Assembly: GCA_963822965.1 (NCBI GenBank)
Contig: CAWGJT010000010.1
Span: 480,001-544,000 of the forward strand
Direction: 5' to 3'
DNA: 64,000 bases
From: an uncultured delta proteobacterium
GTDB taxonomy: Bacteria; Myxococcota_A; UBA9160; UBA4427
The notes beneath the pieces were generated by a model. That model was not told the origin of the DNA, made no database searches, and saw only the letters and a program-made list of their open reading frames with translations. Of this stretch, positions 1-10,377 are shown piece by piece. The position numbers were made by a program, and so were the translations under genes. Each line of letters starts with the position of its first letter. Within the stretch, counting starts at the first letter, position 1.

Positions 1-439
1 CCGCTGCCCGGATGTCGGGGAGGCGTTCCGGGTGCTCGTGCACCGCCTCGTGGGTGGGCATCGTGACGAGCTCTCCGTCGCGCCGCTGGAAGTCCGGCGC
101 GCTCGCGATGCTGGTGGTGTTCGCGATCTCGGGCAGCTCGTTCAGGGCCTTCTCGACCCCGGCGATCTGGTCGAGGCCCTCGAGGCTGAGGGCGCCCGCC
201 TGGGGCTCCAGGGCCACCACCACCCATTCGCCGGTGCCGAAGCGACGCTCCTGGCTGGCCTGGCTCCGGCGCCCGGGGTCGTGGTCCGAGAGGAGCTTCT
301 CGAACGACGGATCGATGCGAAGCCGGGGGACGCCGGACAGGGGGTCGACGATGCCGGCGATCGCGACGAGGGTCACCGCTCCGACGAGGAGCAGCACCAC
401 GCGCGGATGCCTCGTGATGGCGAGGAAGAGCGCGCTCAC
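1..439 (-). CDS. MMPL/RND-family transporter, N-terminal part (runs off window)
   Basis: Manual translation from GTG 439: MSALFLAITRHPRVVLLLVGAVTLVAIAG...LRIDPSFEKLL...RFG.GEWVVVAL; N-terminal TM helix plus periplasmic segment typical of MMPL exporters; start overlaps the upstream stop (GTGA). Confidence 0.7.
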   Translation of the reverse strand, partial: MSALFLAITRHPRVVLLLVGAVTLVAIAGIVDPLSGVPRLRIDPSFEKLLSDHDPGRRSQASQERRFGTGEWVVVALEPQAGALSLEGLDQIAGVEKALNELPEIANTTSIASAPDFQRRDGELVTMPTHEAVHEHPERLPDIRAA

Positions 440-1271
440 CAGACCGCGTGGGAGGCATGCAGCGTCGTGGGGGCCAGGTTCTCGGGATCGAAGCTGCGCG
501 CGTCCAGGAGAGAGGCTCCGCGCTCCAGCGACTCGAGGGTGACACGCGTCTCGTTCTCGGCCTGCAGGTCGGCGACGCGCAGGCTGCGCGGAACGAAGTC
601 GCTCGCTTCCGGCTCGAAGGGCCGGGGGAGAGCTCGACGAGGCGCGCGAGACGTCCCTTCCGGTCGGCGATCTCGGTTCGCAGCGGGACACAGCGTTCCC
701 GGTCGAGCCAGCTGGTGATCCGCTCCCGGCCGTCCCGGGATTCGAGGCGCCACGCGGCGCGACCGTCGATCTCGTCCTCCCGCCACGACTCGACCTTCGT
801 CGTGCGGGCCAGCAGACCCGCTCGTTCGAGGTCGGCGTAGGTGATGTTGGTGCCGAAGAGGGGCTTGCGCAGGTGGCGCGAGCCCACGCGCTTCACCTCG
901 GCGATCTCCGGCAGCCAGGCGTGCGCCTCGGGTCGTTCGCCGTCGCGTTCGATCAGCAGCACCCGGCTGCCTGCCAGCTCGGCGGGCTCCAGCATCTCCA
1001 GCAGGATGCGCGTGTCCCCGGGCGTCGAACGCCAGGCGATGCGCGCCCGCGAGCGGGTGACCTCGCGGGCGCGGTCGAGCGCCTCGATGCGCAGGACGGC
1101 GGAGCCTACCTCCGGCGCGTCGCCAGGCGCCGGCGCGAGGGCGTCGAGGCAGCGCGCGTACGGCGGTGCCGTCTCGTCCGCCGGGGTCCGCTCCGCCGTC
1201 CCGAGGAGAAGCAGGACGACCGCGAGTGCGGCCGTCGCCAACCTCGAGCCTGCGCGAGCGCTGCGCGGCAC
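436..1271 (-). CDS. Outer-membrane lipoprotein-sorting (LolA-like) protein, one frameshift near 625
   Basis: Manual translation: signal peptide, LEPAELAGSRVLL, WLPEIAEVKRV, LFGTNITYADL; C-terminus is in ORF 436..786; adjacent to MMPL gene as usual for this family. Confidence 0.6.
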
Positions 1272-1471
1272 TTGCCCGTGATGCGCGAGAGCGTCGCTTC
1301 CTGACACGGCTCCCCCCGTTTTCGCGGCGGAGGCTCGCGGCCGAAGCCGGGCCCGCCGGGCGTGCGCGGCCCGGAATGGCCGGAGCGCGCTCGGACCATC
1401 GGCCGCGCGCGTGCGGCGATCAATGGCGGTTGCCTGACTCGAGCCCGCTCGAAGTCTGAAACCGAGGCCGA

Positions 1472-1607
1472 CCCGAGCCCTGAATCAGACTCTCGTACGC
1501 TTCGGGTCCGATCTTCGTGATCTCGCGCACGTCCGCCATCGCGGTTCCGCCGCAAGGGGAGCCCAACGGGCTCCCTCAGCGAGCGCATTCCGTAGATCAG
1601 GCTCGGG
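1472..1607. repeat. Degenerate copy of the dispersed palindromic element
   Basis: Core GCGGTTCCGCC..GGGAGCCCAACGGGCTCCC matches 26110-26144; bounded by imperfect inverted ends CCCGAGCCCTGAATC / GATCAGGCTCGGG. Confidence 0.6.
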
Positions 1608-1698
1608 AGCAGGAACCCGACGCCGAACATGCCCAGGCGGATTGTTCAATGCACGGGCACGAGACGCCCGGGGCCGGGGCGAGCGCGGCCGCCGGGCC

Positions 1699-3918
1699 TC
1701 AGTCGGGCAGTCCCGACCAGCTGCGGTCGTCGCGGGGGCCGGCGGCTCGCGTCACGACCACCGGAATGCCCGTGAGGTGCGCCATCCCGGACACGCGCTC
1801 GATCTCGTCGGGACCGTCGGCGGCCAGCAGGTTGACGTTGACGCCGCTCGTGCGGCTGGCGACCGACAGCCCCGTCGCGTGCTGGTGTCCCCAGCCGTGG
1901 GGCAGGGCCACGGCGCCGGGCATCAGGTCGGGGAGGTGCTTCACGGGCACGCGGACCGTCGCGGTCCGGGAGCGCACGTCGGCCAGGGCGCCCTCCGCGA
2001 GCCCCGCCCGCTGCGCGTCCGCCGGGTGCATGTACAGGTAGTTGGTGTGACGCTCTCCCTTCACGAACTCCTCGATGTTGTGGGTCCAGGAGTTGTGGGT
2101 CTCGTGGGAGCGCTTCGTGATCAGGCGGAGGGTGCCGTCTCCCGCCCGCTCGCGTGCGAAGCGCGCCTCGAGCCCGCCGGCCTGCTCGAGCAGGACGTCC
2201 GGGGCCAGGTGCACCTTCCGGTCCTCGGTGACGATGCGGCCGCCGAGGTAGTCGCCTCCGGCCTGGCGCTCGCGCGGACGGCCGTTCGGATGCCCGAGCA
2301 GGCTCCGGAAGCTTCCGGCGCGCCCCGTTCGCAGCAGCAGGGAGAGCAGCAGCTCCTGGGGCAGGCCGGGCAGCCCCGCGTCGCTTCGCCGCCGTCGGCG
2401 GTCGAGCCGGCGCATCGCCTGCAGGAGCTTCTGGGCGACCTGGGAGCCGAAGAGCGGGGCGCCCGCGGCCTGGCAGAGGTCGAGGTAGATGCTGGCTTCG
2501 TCCCGCTGCTCCGCGGTCGGCGGGTGGACGGGCTCGCTGGCCTGCAGGTACGGCCGGGACTGCATGCCCATCAGCAGCGGGAACGCGAAGAGCAGGTCCG
2601 GACGCTCGAAGGGCGTGGTGCACGGAAGCGTGTAGTGCGCCACCGAACCCGTCTCGTTGCGGTAGATGTCGAGGGTAACGAGCAGCTCGAGATCCTCGAA
2701 GGCGCGCTTCAGGCGGGCGGAGTTCGCCATGGTGATGAGCGGGTTGCCGCCGGTCACGAAGAGCGCGCGGATCTGGCGGTCGCCGGGCGTGAGGATCTCG
2801 TCGGCCAGCACGCCGCCCGGGAAGGCGTCGTTCACCGCCCGGAAGCCGCCGATGCGGCTGCGGCTGTCGTCGACGAAGAGCCCCGAGCGCACCCCGAAGC
2901 GCGCGAAGTCGACGATGCCCCGGCCCATCAGGGTGCCCCCCGGACGGTCGAGGTTGCCCGAGACCGCGTTGATCACCTCCTGTAGCCAGAAGCACAGGGA
3001 CCCCTCGGTTCCCATGTTGACGCCGGTGGAGCTGTAGAGGGCGGCACCGCTCGCGCGCGCGTAGTCGCCGACCATACGGCGCAGGGTATCGGCCGGCACG
3101 CCCGTCGCGGACGCGGTGCGCTCGGGAGGCCAGGCCTGGACGAGCTTCTCGACGGCCTCGGATCCCGTCATGTGCCGGTCGACGCGCGTGCGGTCCACGC
3201 CGCCCCGGGCGATCAGCTCGTGCAGGAAGGAGAGATAGAAGAAGACGTCGGTGTTCGGACGGATGAAGGCGTGCTCGTCCGCGATCTTCGCCGTCTCGGT
3301 GCGTCGGGGATCCACCACCCAGACCCGGCCGCCGCGCTCCTGGATCTCCCGGATGCGGCGGATCGGGTTGGGAACCTGCAGGAAGCTCCACTTCGAGACG
3401 ACGGGATTGGCTCCCACGATGATGAGGCACTCGGTGCGATCGACGTCCGGGTAGGGCTGGGAGAAGGGGAAGCCGTAGATCTGGTGCGCCACGGCGAACT
3501 TGTTCGAGCAGTCCTGGGTCGCCGAGGCGAACAGGCTCTTCGAGCCGAGCCCCTGCATGAAGCCCTGGGCGAAGATGGGGTGCAGCATGCTGAAGCCGGC
3601 CGCGGTCCCCACGTACATGCCGACGGCGTCGGGGCCCCGCTCGGTGCGCAGCCGCCTCAGCTTGTCGCCGATCTCCGCGATCGCCTGCTCCCACGAGATG
3701 CGCTGCCAGCGGTCGCCGACGCGCTTCTCCGGGTGGGTCAGGCGGTCGGGCGAGTCGTAGAGCTTGTGCTGGTTCAAGCCCTTGAGGCAGGCGAAGCCGC
3801 CGGTCGCCACGTGGTCGGTGTTCGGCCGGATCTTCGTGATGCGGCCGGCCTCGAGCTCCACCTGCAGCCCGCACAGGGACTCGCAGATGCGACAGAAGGT
3901 GTGGCGGGTCTCGGACAT
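1699..3918 (-). CDS. Molybdopterin-dependent oxidoreductase (MopB superfamily)
   Basis: N-terminal 4Fe-4S motif CRICESLCG...C, GNLDRPGG, C-terminal MHPADA..GL/PHGWG molybdopterin-dinucleotide domain. Confidence 0.9.
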   Translation of the reverse strand: MSETRHTFCRICESLCGLQVELEAGRITKIRPNTDHVATGGFACLKGLNQHKLYDSPDRLTHPEKRVGDRWQRISWEQAIAEIGDKLRRLRTERGPDAVGMYVGTAAGFSMLHPIFAQGFMQGLGSKSLFASATQDCSNKFAVAHQIYGFPFSQPYPDVDRTECLIIVGANPVVSKWSFLQVPNPIRRIREIQERGGRVWVVDPRRTETAKIADEHAFIRPNTDVFFYLSFLHELIARGGVDRTRVDRHMTGSEAVEKLVQAWPPERTASATGVPADTLRRMVGDYARASGAALYSSTGVNMGTEGSLCFWLQEVINAVSGNLDRPGGTLMGRGIVDFARFGVRSGLFVDDSRSRIGGFRAVNDAFPGGVLADEILTPGDRQIRALFVTGGNPLITMANSARLKRAFEDLELLVTLDIYRNETGSVAHYTLPCTTPFERPDLLFAFPLLMGMQSRPYLQASEPVHPPTAEQRDEASIYLDLCQAAGAPLFGSQVAQKLLQAMRRLDRRRRRSDAGLPGLPQELLLSLLLRTGRAGSFRSLLGHPNGRPRERQAGGDYLGGRIVTEDRKVHLAPDVLLEQAGGLEARFARERAGDGTLRLITKRSHETHNSWTHNIEEFVKGERHTNYLYMHPADAQRAGLAEGALADVRSRTATVRVPVKHLPDLMPGAVALPHGWGHQHATGLSVASRTSGVNVNLLAADGPDEIERVSGMAHLTGIPVVVTRAAGPRDDRSWSGLPD

Positions 3919-4048
3919 CACGCGCTCCTCTCGTGGGGCCGAGGGGAGACTAGCCGACGGAGCCCGTCCGTTCGGCGGACGACGATGCCCGCCCGGATCG
4001 TCGGCGGGAGGGTGCGGATGCCGGCGGACCTCGATCGGTCGCCGGCCG

Positions 4049-4819
4049 TCACGCACCCGCCCGGGACGAGCCCGGAACGAAGAGGGTCCGCAGCTCGTGG
4101 TGCGAGTCGACCACGAAGTCGGCGTCCGGCAGCGGGCTGGTGTCGTCGTGGTGGGCCCGGAGGCGCACCGCGGTCATGCCCAGGGCGCGAGCGCCCGCCA
4201 CGTCCGTCGCGCGCAGGTCGCCGACGTGGGCCGCCTCGTGCGGCTCCACCTGGAGGGGGACGAGTGCCGCCTCGAAGGCTCGCGGCCGGGGCTTCGGGAC
4301 GCCGACCTCGTCCGAGAAGGCCTGGCTCTCCAGCAGGGGCAGCAGCTCCAGCCGCTGGAGGTGGAGCCGCACGACGCGTCCCGGGGTGAGCCCCGTATCG
4401 CAGACCAGGCCGCACCGGACCCCCGCCTCGCGGAGCGCGACGAGGGTGTCCCGCGCACCTTCCAGCGCCCGCACCCGGCTCGAGTGGGACGCCTCTTCGA
4501 AGCAACGGACCAGATGGTCGAGCGCCGGATGGGGGTCGGCCAGGCCGAGCTCGGCCAGCGCCCAGCGTGCCACCTCGCTTGCGCCGCTGGCGACCCCCTC
4601 GCGCCACAGGTGCATGTGCCGACTCCAGGCGGTGTCGAAGGCCCGCCCGGCGACCTCCGCGTCGACGACGCGTCCCCCCTCGCCCGCGGCCTCGCGGAGG
4701 GCGGCGACGCGCAGGGCATGCGCGGTCTGCCAGTCGTCCTCCTGGAGCAGCGTCGACCAGCAGTCGAACGTGACGGCGCGCAGCGGTCGGGGAAGGGCGG
4801 GGCGGGAGCCGACGGTCAT
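4049..4819 (-). CDS. HAD-family hydrolase
   Basis: Motif I TFDCWSTL, KP..RAF and HVGDLRATDVAGA motifs. Confidence 0.85.
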   Translation of the reverse strand: MTVGSRPALPRPLRAVTFDCWSTLLQEDDWQTAHALRVAALREAAGEGGRVVDAEVAGRAFDTAWSRHMHLWREGVASGASEVARWALAELGLADPHPALDHLVRCFEEASHSSRVRALEGARDTLVALREAGVRCGLVCDTGLTPGRVVRLHLQRLELLPLLESQAFSDEVGVPKPRPRAFEAALVPLQVEPHEAAHVGDLRATDVAGARALGMTAVRLRAHHDDTSPLPDADFVVDSHHELRTLFVPGSSRAGA

Positions 4820-5254
4820 GGCAGGTGGTGCTCCTTCGGCGCGAGCGAGAGCCGCGCTTCGAGGCGTTGCTCGCTCTCGAGCAGCGGCCGGGTGCGGTCG
4901 AGGACGAGGTGCTGGCTCGCGGGCAGCTCGTCGGGCGTCTCCCACTCGCGCGCGAGGTCGTCGTAGAGCTGCTTCCAGCCGCTGCGCGCGGCCCCCGCGT
5001 CGCGCGCAGCGAGGCGCGTGTGGGCCGTCTCGGCACCCACGCGACATTCCACGAAGAGGAAGGGCCAGCCGCGCTCGTCGGCGAGGCCCCGGGCCCGGGG
5101 CCAGGCTCGCGAGGTCCACGGCCACGTCCATCGTTCCCGCCAGCCAGCGCGCGAGGGCGACCACGTCCTCCTCGGCCAGGTCCGACGGGCGGTCGGCATC
5201 CGGAATGGCGGCTGGCGGGGCGTCGTCATCCCGGCAGGATGCGCCGCCCGTCAC
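4816..5254 (-). pseudogene. Shortened remnant of a bifunctional phosphotransferase/AAA kinase (Rv2004c-like)
   Basis: DVAVDLASLA resembles the phosphotransferase DVAxDLAFL motif; GWPFLFVECRV...LAARD resembles the kinase C-terminus; frameshift near 5100; no P-loop. Confidence 0.4.
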
Positions 5255-5742
5255 TCCCCCGCGAGTCCGACGCTCGCGAGCAGCCGCACCAGGTCGAGGG
5301 ACGTGACGATGCCGACCACCGCCGAGCCGTCGATCACCGGCACCCGGTGGTAGCCTTCCTCCGCCATCAATCGAGCCGCCTCGCGCACCGGGTCGGTCGG
5401 CGCGACGCTCTTCACGTCGCGGGTCATGATCTCCTCCACGCGCAGCCCGGTCATGCGGTCGGCGATGCGGCGCGAGTCCTGGGCCAGCTGCTCCAGGGAG
5501 GGGATCGGGATGGGGAAGGGACTGGTGTAGAAGCCGGAGACCTTCTCGGCCTCCACCTGCTCGCCGTAGAGGGTGCGAACCACGTCGCTGCGGGAGACCA
5601 CGCCTACCACCTTCTCGTCCGAGACGACGGGTCCGCCGCTCACGCCGTAGCGCAGGAGCACGCGGTCGAGCTCGGTAAGGGTCATTTTGGGGTCCAGCGT
5701 GAGCACGTCGTGGGTCATTACGTCACGGATCAAGATCGGCAT
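5251..5742 (-). CDS. CBS domain protein
   Basis: Two CBS repeats (IRDVMTHDV...GVVSRSD; VEEIMTRDV...HRVPV...GIVTSLD). Confidence 0.9.
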   Translation of the reverse strand: MPILIRDVMTHDVLTLDPKMTLTELDRVLLRYGVSGGPVVSDEKVVGVVSRSDVVRTLYGEQVEAEKVSGFYTSPFPIPIPSLEQLAQDSRRIADRMTGLRVEEIMTRDVKSVAPTDPVREAARLMAEEGYHRVPVIDGSAVVGIVTSLDLVRLLASVGLAGE

Positions 5743-5989
5743 CGTGGCCTCCCGGGGCCTGGCAGGTGGTCGTGTGAGGATTCGGCGTGGGTCCTGCGGA
5801 AGGTGCAAGGCGCATGCCCGCAGGGTACCGCCTGTCGTCCCGGGTCCCACGCTTGAATTTGCGCCAAACTGCTCGAACATCTCGAGTCCGGCGGCGTCCG
5901 ATCGCGACGAGGGCGGGGGACGCGAGCACACGGGAGACGGCAGGCGGCTGCGAGGCCGCCGGCCCCGGCCGGCACGAAGGAGCGACGCC

Positions 5990-6481
5990 ATGGGACTGCG
6001 AGCCAGCGACATCATGCAGAGGAAGGTGCGGAGCGTGGGGCCCCGGACCTCGCTGGAGGATCTCGAGCGGGCGTTCTGCGAGGCCCGCCAGGGCGGCTTT
6101 CCGGTCGTCGACGAGCGGGACCGCCTCGTGGGCGTCGTCTCGCGGACCGACGTCGTGCGCAAGCTGGCCACGGAGCAGAGCTACGCGGAGTACGCGTCCG
6201 ACTACTATCGGGAGCTGACCGCATACGGCGAGGGCGGTCCGGACGAGGCCATGGAGGCCATCGCGGCGCGCGTCGGGGCGCGGCTCGCCGGGGTGCACGT
6301 GGAGGACGTCATGTCCCACGCGCCGGTGACGGTGAGCCCCGAGGTGCCCGTGCGCGAGCTGGCCCAGATGCTGACCGAGAAGGCGATCCATCGCGTCCCG
6401 GTCGTCGAGAGCGGCAAGCTCGTGGGGATCGTCACCAGCACCGACCTCGTGCGGCTGCTGGCCGACGGCCGGGTCGCCTGA
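5990..6481 (+). CDS. CBS domain protein
   Basis: Two CBS repeats (ASDIMQRKV...GFPVVD; VEDVMSH...HRVPV...GIVTSTD); AAGGAG RBS upstream. Confidence 0.9.
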   Translation: MGLRASDIMQRKVRSVGPRTSLEDLERAFCEARQGGFPVVDERDRLVGVVSRTDVVRKLATEQSYAEYASDYYRELTAYGEGGPDEAMEAIAARVGARLAGVHVEDVMSHAPVTVSPEVPVRELAQMLTEKAIHRVPVVESGKLVGIVTSTDLVRLLADGRVA

Positions 6482-6485
6482 TTCC

Positions 6486-7397
6486 ATGGAGCCCGTACGA
6501 ACGGTTCTGGCCGCGACCGACTTCTCGACGAATGCATCTCTGGCGCTCGAGCGCGCGGCCGACCTGGCCCGGCGCCGGGCCGCTCGCCTCGTTCTCGTCA
6601 CCGCCTTTTCGCCCATCGGCTCGAGTCGCGTCGATCTGCCGTTGCTGCCCCCGGACCTCGAGGCCGAGGCGTTGGCGGCCAGCCGGCAGCGTCTCGAAGA
6701 AGAGGCGGCGGCGCTGCACGGAGAAGGGCTCGAGGTGGTCTCGAAGCTCGGGCACGGCGTGCCCGCGGAATGCATCGTCGAGATAGCCCGGGACGAGGAG
6801 GCCGACGTCATCGTCGTCGGCACGCGAGGGCTGGAGGGATTCGAGCATGCGTTGCTCGGCAGCACGGCGGAGGCGATCGTCGGGCGGGCGCCGTGCCCCG
6901 TGCTGGTGGTGCATCCCAACGACGTGCAGACCCTCGCGCCGCCCAGCCGCATCCTGCTCTCCACCGATCTCTCCCAGGACACCGCCCCGGTGGCGGACGC
7001 CGTCTTGCGGCTCTTCGGAAACCGCGCGAAGGGAGACACGCCGATCCACGTCGTCGTGGCCCACGCCGACCGGATTCCGCCCATCCTGAAGCCGCTGCTC
7101 AAGTCGCTCACGAGCGCCGACCTGCTGGGCTTCGACCAGGTGGAGGGGCACCTGCGCGACGAGCTCGAGTCCGTCGCCGCTGGCCTGCGCGAGCGCGGCT
7201 TCACCACCTCCGTCGTGGTGAAGGAAGGCGAAGCCGCCAAGACCCTGGTGGAGCTGGCCGGCGCCGAGCACATCGACCTGGTCGCCATGTCCACGCACGG
7301 CCGATCCGGCCTCCGCTCCCTGCTGATGGGGAGCACGGCGCGGCGGGTGGCCCAGCACGCACCGTGTCCGGTGCTCGCCGTTCCCGCCCCCGGCTGA
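6486..7397 (+). CDS. Tandem-domain universal stress protein
   Basis: ATDFS, GTRG...LLGSTAE...APCPVL and STHGRSG...MGSTA...APCPVL. Confidence 0.92.
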   Translation: MEPVRTVLAATDFSTNASLALERAADLARRRAARLVLVTAFSPIGSSRVDLPLLPPDLEAEALAASRQRLEEEAAALHGEGLEVVSKLGHGVPAECIVEIARDEEADVIVVGTRGLEGFEHALLGSTAEAIVGRAPCPVLVVHPNDVQTLAPPSRILLSTDLSQDTAPVADAVLRLFGNRAKGDTPIHVVVAHADRIPPILKPLLKSLTSADLLGFDQVEGHLRDELESVAAGLRERGFTTSVVVKEGEAAKTLVELAGAEHIDLVAMSTHGRSGLRSLLMGSTARRVAQHAPCPVLAVPAPG

Positions 7398-7440
7398 TCC
7401 GACGCGGATCGGCGCGCGGCAACGGCCGGCGCTCCCTCGC

Positions 7441-7617
7441 TCAGTCCGGCGTGTGGTCGTCCTCGCGTTCGGGGATGCGATCGTCGTCGAAGAGCATGCG
7501 GTGGGCCGGCCCCTCCCAGTCGTCGAAGGCGCCGCCGCGCACCTCCCAGATCACGATCCCGAGCAGCACCGCGCCGAGCAGCAGCGAGACGGGAAGCGTG
7601 ATGGCGAGGAAGCTCAT
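7441..7617 (-). CDS. ccoS: cbb3 oxidase assembly protein CcoS
   Basis: MSFLAITLPVSLLL...WEVRGGAFDDWEGPAHRMLFDD; TM helix followed by G.FDD.E.PA motif. Confidence 0.85.
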   Translation of the reverse strand: MSFLAITLPVSLLLGAVLLGIVIWEVRGGAFDDWEGPAHRMLFDDDRIPEREDDHTPD

Positions 7618-9847
7618 CGCGCGAGACCGCCAGCGCAGCAGGCGGATGGAGTTTCCCGTCACCACTACGGACGAGAGGCTCATCGCGAGGGCGGCGTGCA
7701 GCGGCTCGAGGACGCCGGCTACCGCGAGGGGCACCGCGATCGCGTTGTAGGCGAGGGCCAGTCCGAGGTTCTCGCGAATGCGCTGGAACGCGCTGCGCGA
7801 GAGGTCCACGAGATCGGGCAGCGCGCCCAGCCGCGAGGCGAGGATCACCACGTCGGCGGCGTCCACGGTGACGTCGGAGCCCTGGGCGATGGCCACGCCC
7901 ACGTCGGCGGCCGCGAGGGCCGCGGCGTCGTTGATGCCGTCGCCCACCGCCACCACCGCGCCCCCTTCCGCCCGCCGGCTCTCGATGGCCTGGACCTTCT
8001 GCTCGGGGTTGACCCCGGCCTGGTAGCGGGCGATTCCGGCCCGCTCCGCGGCGAGACGCACGGCCCCCGGATGGTCGCCGCTCACCAGGGAGACGCGAAC
8101 GCCCAGCCCGGCGAGCCGCACGACGGCGTCGCGTGCGTCCTCGCGCAGGGGATCGGCGCCCGCGATGACGCCGGTCGCGGTCGCGCCGCGGGCCACCCAG
8201 GCCAGGCTGAGTCCCCGCTCGGCGAGCTTCGCGGCCGCTTCGTCGAGCTCACGGGGCACCCGGACGCCCGCTTTCGCGAGCAGCGCCCGCGAGCCCACGC
8301 GCAGCAGTCGTGCCGTCGGGCAGCGGCGCCTCGACGCCGCGCCCGGGCAGGGTGCGGCGTTCGAGATCCCCGTCGTGGATCCGCCCGCGCCGCTCCGCGG
8401 CCTGGCGGATCGCGACCGCCAGGGGATGGGTCGAGTGCCCTTCCGCCCGGGCCGCGTCCGCGAGCACGGCGTCGGCCTCGAAGCCGGGCGCCGCGGCGAC
8501 CTCGTCCACCGCGAAGCAGCCCCGGGTCACGGTGCCCGTCTTGTCGAGCACGACGCTGCCGGTGGCCGCGCAGCGCTCGAGGGCCGCTCCGCTCTTCACG
8601 AGGATGCCGAGCTCCGCGGCCCGGCCGATCGCGGCCGTCACGGCCGCCGGGGTGGCGAGCCCGAGCGCGCAGGGGCAGGCGACGATCAGCACGGCCGCCG
8701 CCGTGAGCGCGATCTCGAGGGGCGCCGCGCCGGCCCACCACCAGCCCAGCGCGGTGGCGGCGGCGACGACCAGCACCGCGGGCGCGAAGACCGCCGCGAC
8801 CCGATCTGCGAGCTGCTGCACGTGGGGGCGCGACAGCTGGGCGCGCTCCAGCAGATCGGTGAGCCGGGCGAGGGTTCCGCTCCCGACGGGCTCGCTCACC
8901 TCGATCTCGATCTCGCTCAGCAGGTTCGTGGATCCGCCGACCACCGGATCTCCCGCCCGTCGCAGGACCGGCGTCGCCTCGCCGGTGAGGAGCGCCTCGT
9001 CGAGCTCCGTCGCACCCGCCCGGATGCATCCGTCCACGGGCACGCGCTCGCCGGCGGCGATGCGGACGATGTCGCCGCGGACGAGGCTGTCGACGGGCAC
9101 GGCCTCGAAGCCCTGCGGCCCCCGGCGCCAGGCGGTCTCCGGGGACAGGTCCATCAGGCGATCGACGGCGCCGGCGGCGCGGGCCCGCGCCCCGCGTTCC
9201 AGGGTGCGCCCCAGCAGGATCAGGAAGACGATCAGGGCCGCCGAGTCCATGTACAGGTGGGTCGACTCGGCGACGGTTCCGACGACGCTCACCACGAACG
9301 ACGTGCCGACGCCCAGCACGATGGGGACGTCGACGGTGAGCTCGCGTCGCCGCAGGCCCGAGAAGGGCGCCCCGCCAGAAGGGGAGGGCGCACCACGTCA
9401 CGGCGGGAACCGAGAGGGCGATGGCCAGCCAGCGGAGCATCCGGCGCAGCTCGGGGTCGAGGCCCTGGTAGCTCCCGATGTAGAGCGCGGCGGCGATCCA
9501 CATGACGTTGCCTGCGAGGAAGGCGGCCACGAGCACGCGGGTGAGGGCGCTGGCGGGCGTCTCCCTGGGCCGCAGCGGTCCAGGGAGGCCGGGTCGTAGG
9601 GCGTGGCCGTGTAGCCGAGCTGCTCGACCTGGGCGACGAGGTCCGACGGCGACACCCGCGTCCGCGTCGTAGCGGACGCGGGCGCGGTGGGTCGTGTAGT
9701 TGACCGACGCCTCGGCGATCGCCCGGCATGGCGCGCAGAGCGCGCTCGACGCGGTTGACGCAGCCCGCACAGCGGAGCCCTTCGAGGAGCAGGCCGGTCT
9801 CCGCGTTCCGTCGCCGAACCGGGGGCGGGCGGGCTCGCGGCGGACAT
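7618..9847 (-). CDS. ccoI: Cu-translocating P1B-ATPase CcoI/FixI (frameshifted)
   Basis: CAGC HMA motif, TGE, CPCALGLATP, DKTGT, GDGINDA spread over several frames; lies in the cco cluster. Confidence 0.88.
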
Positions 9848-10377
9848 CAGTGGGGTCCGCCGGCGCGCCAGAGGTCGACCTGTCGTCGCAGCAGGGCGTC
9901 ACCGCGCTCCGCCGTCACCACCAGCCGCCAGCGTCCCGCGAGGGGCAGCGGAACGTCGCCCGAGAGCCGCCCCGGAGTCCGGTGCCAGGGCGAAGTCCGC
10001 GTCGTAGCCGACTCCGCGGGTCGCAGGCGGCGGACGCTGACCTGCAGCGAGTCGGGGCGCGGCGCCCGCATTCGCGGTCGGGTCGCCGGGCGCGTCGATC
10101 CGGGCCTCCACGCGCACGCCCTCGTGCCGGTTTCCCGGGTGGCGACGTCGAGCGCCGAGGCCGGCGTCCTCGGCGGCGCGCTCCGCAGCGACGGCGTCGT
10201 TGTACGCGAGGCCCGCCGTCCAGGCGTCCGCCACCACCAGCCCGTCGGGATGGGCGGACGCGATGCTCAGCAGGCACAGGGAGCTCGCGATCATCGCCAG
10301 CGAGCAGGCCCGTGAGCAGCCAGGGCCACGGCTCGAAGCGGCGTCGGGGCGGGGCGGCTGCGGGGTCAGCCTCTCAT
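9847..10377 (-). CDS. ccoH: FixH/CcoH family protein (frameshifted)
   Basis: EPWPW, AMIASSLCLLSIASAHPDGLVVADAWTAGLAYN, C-terminal LPLAGRWRLVV; located between ccoG and ccoI. Confidence 0.7.

Noticed and set aside
5853..5867. TTGAATTTGCGCCAA as an FNR box between the CBS genes
   Set aside because: Spacing and right half do not fit TTGAT-N4-ATCAA.
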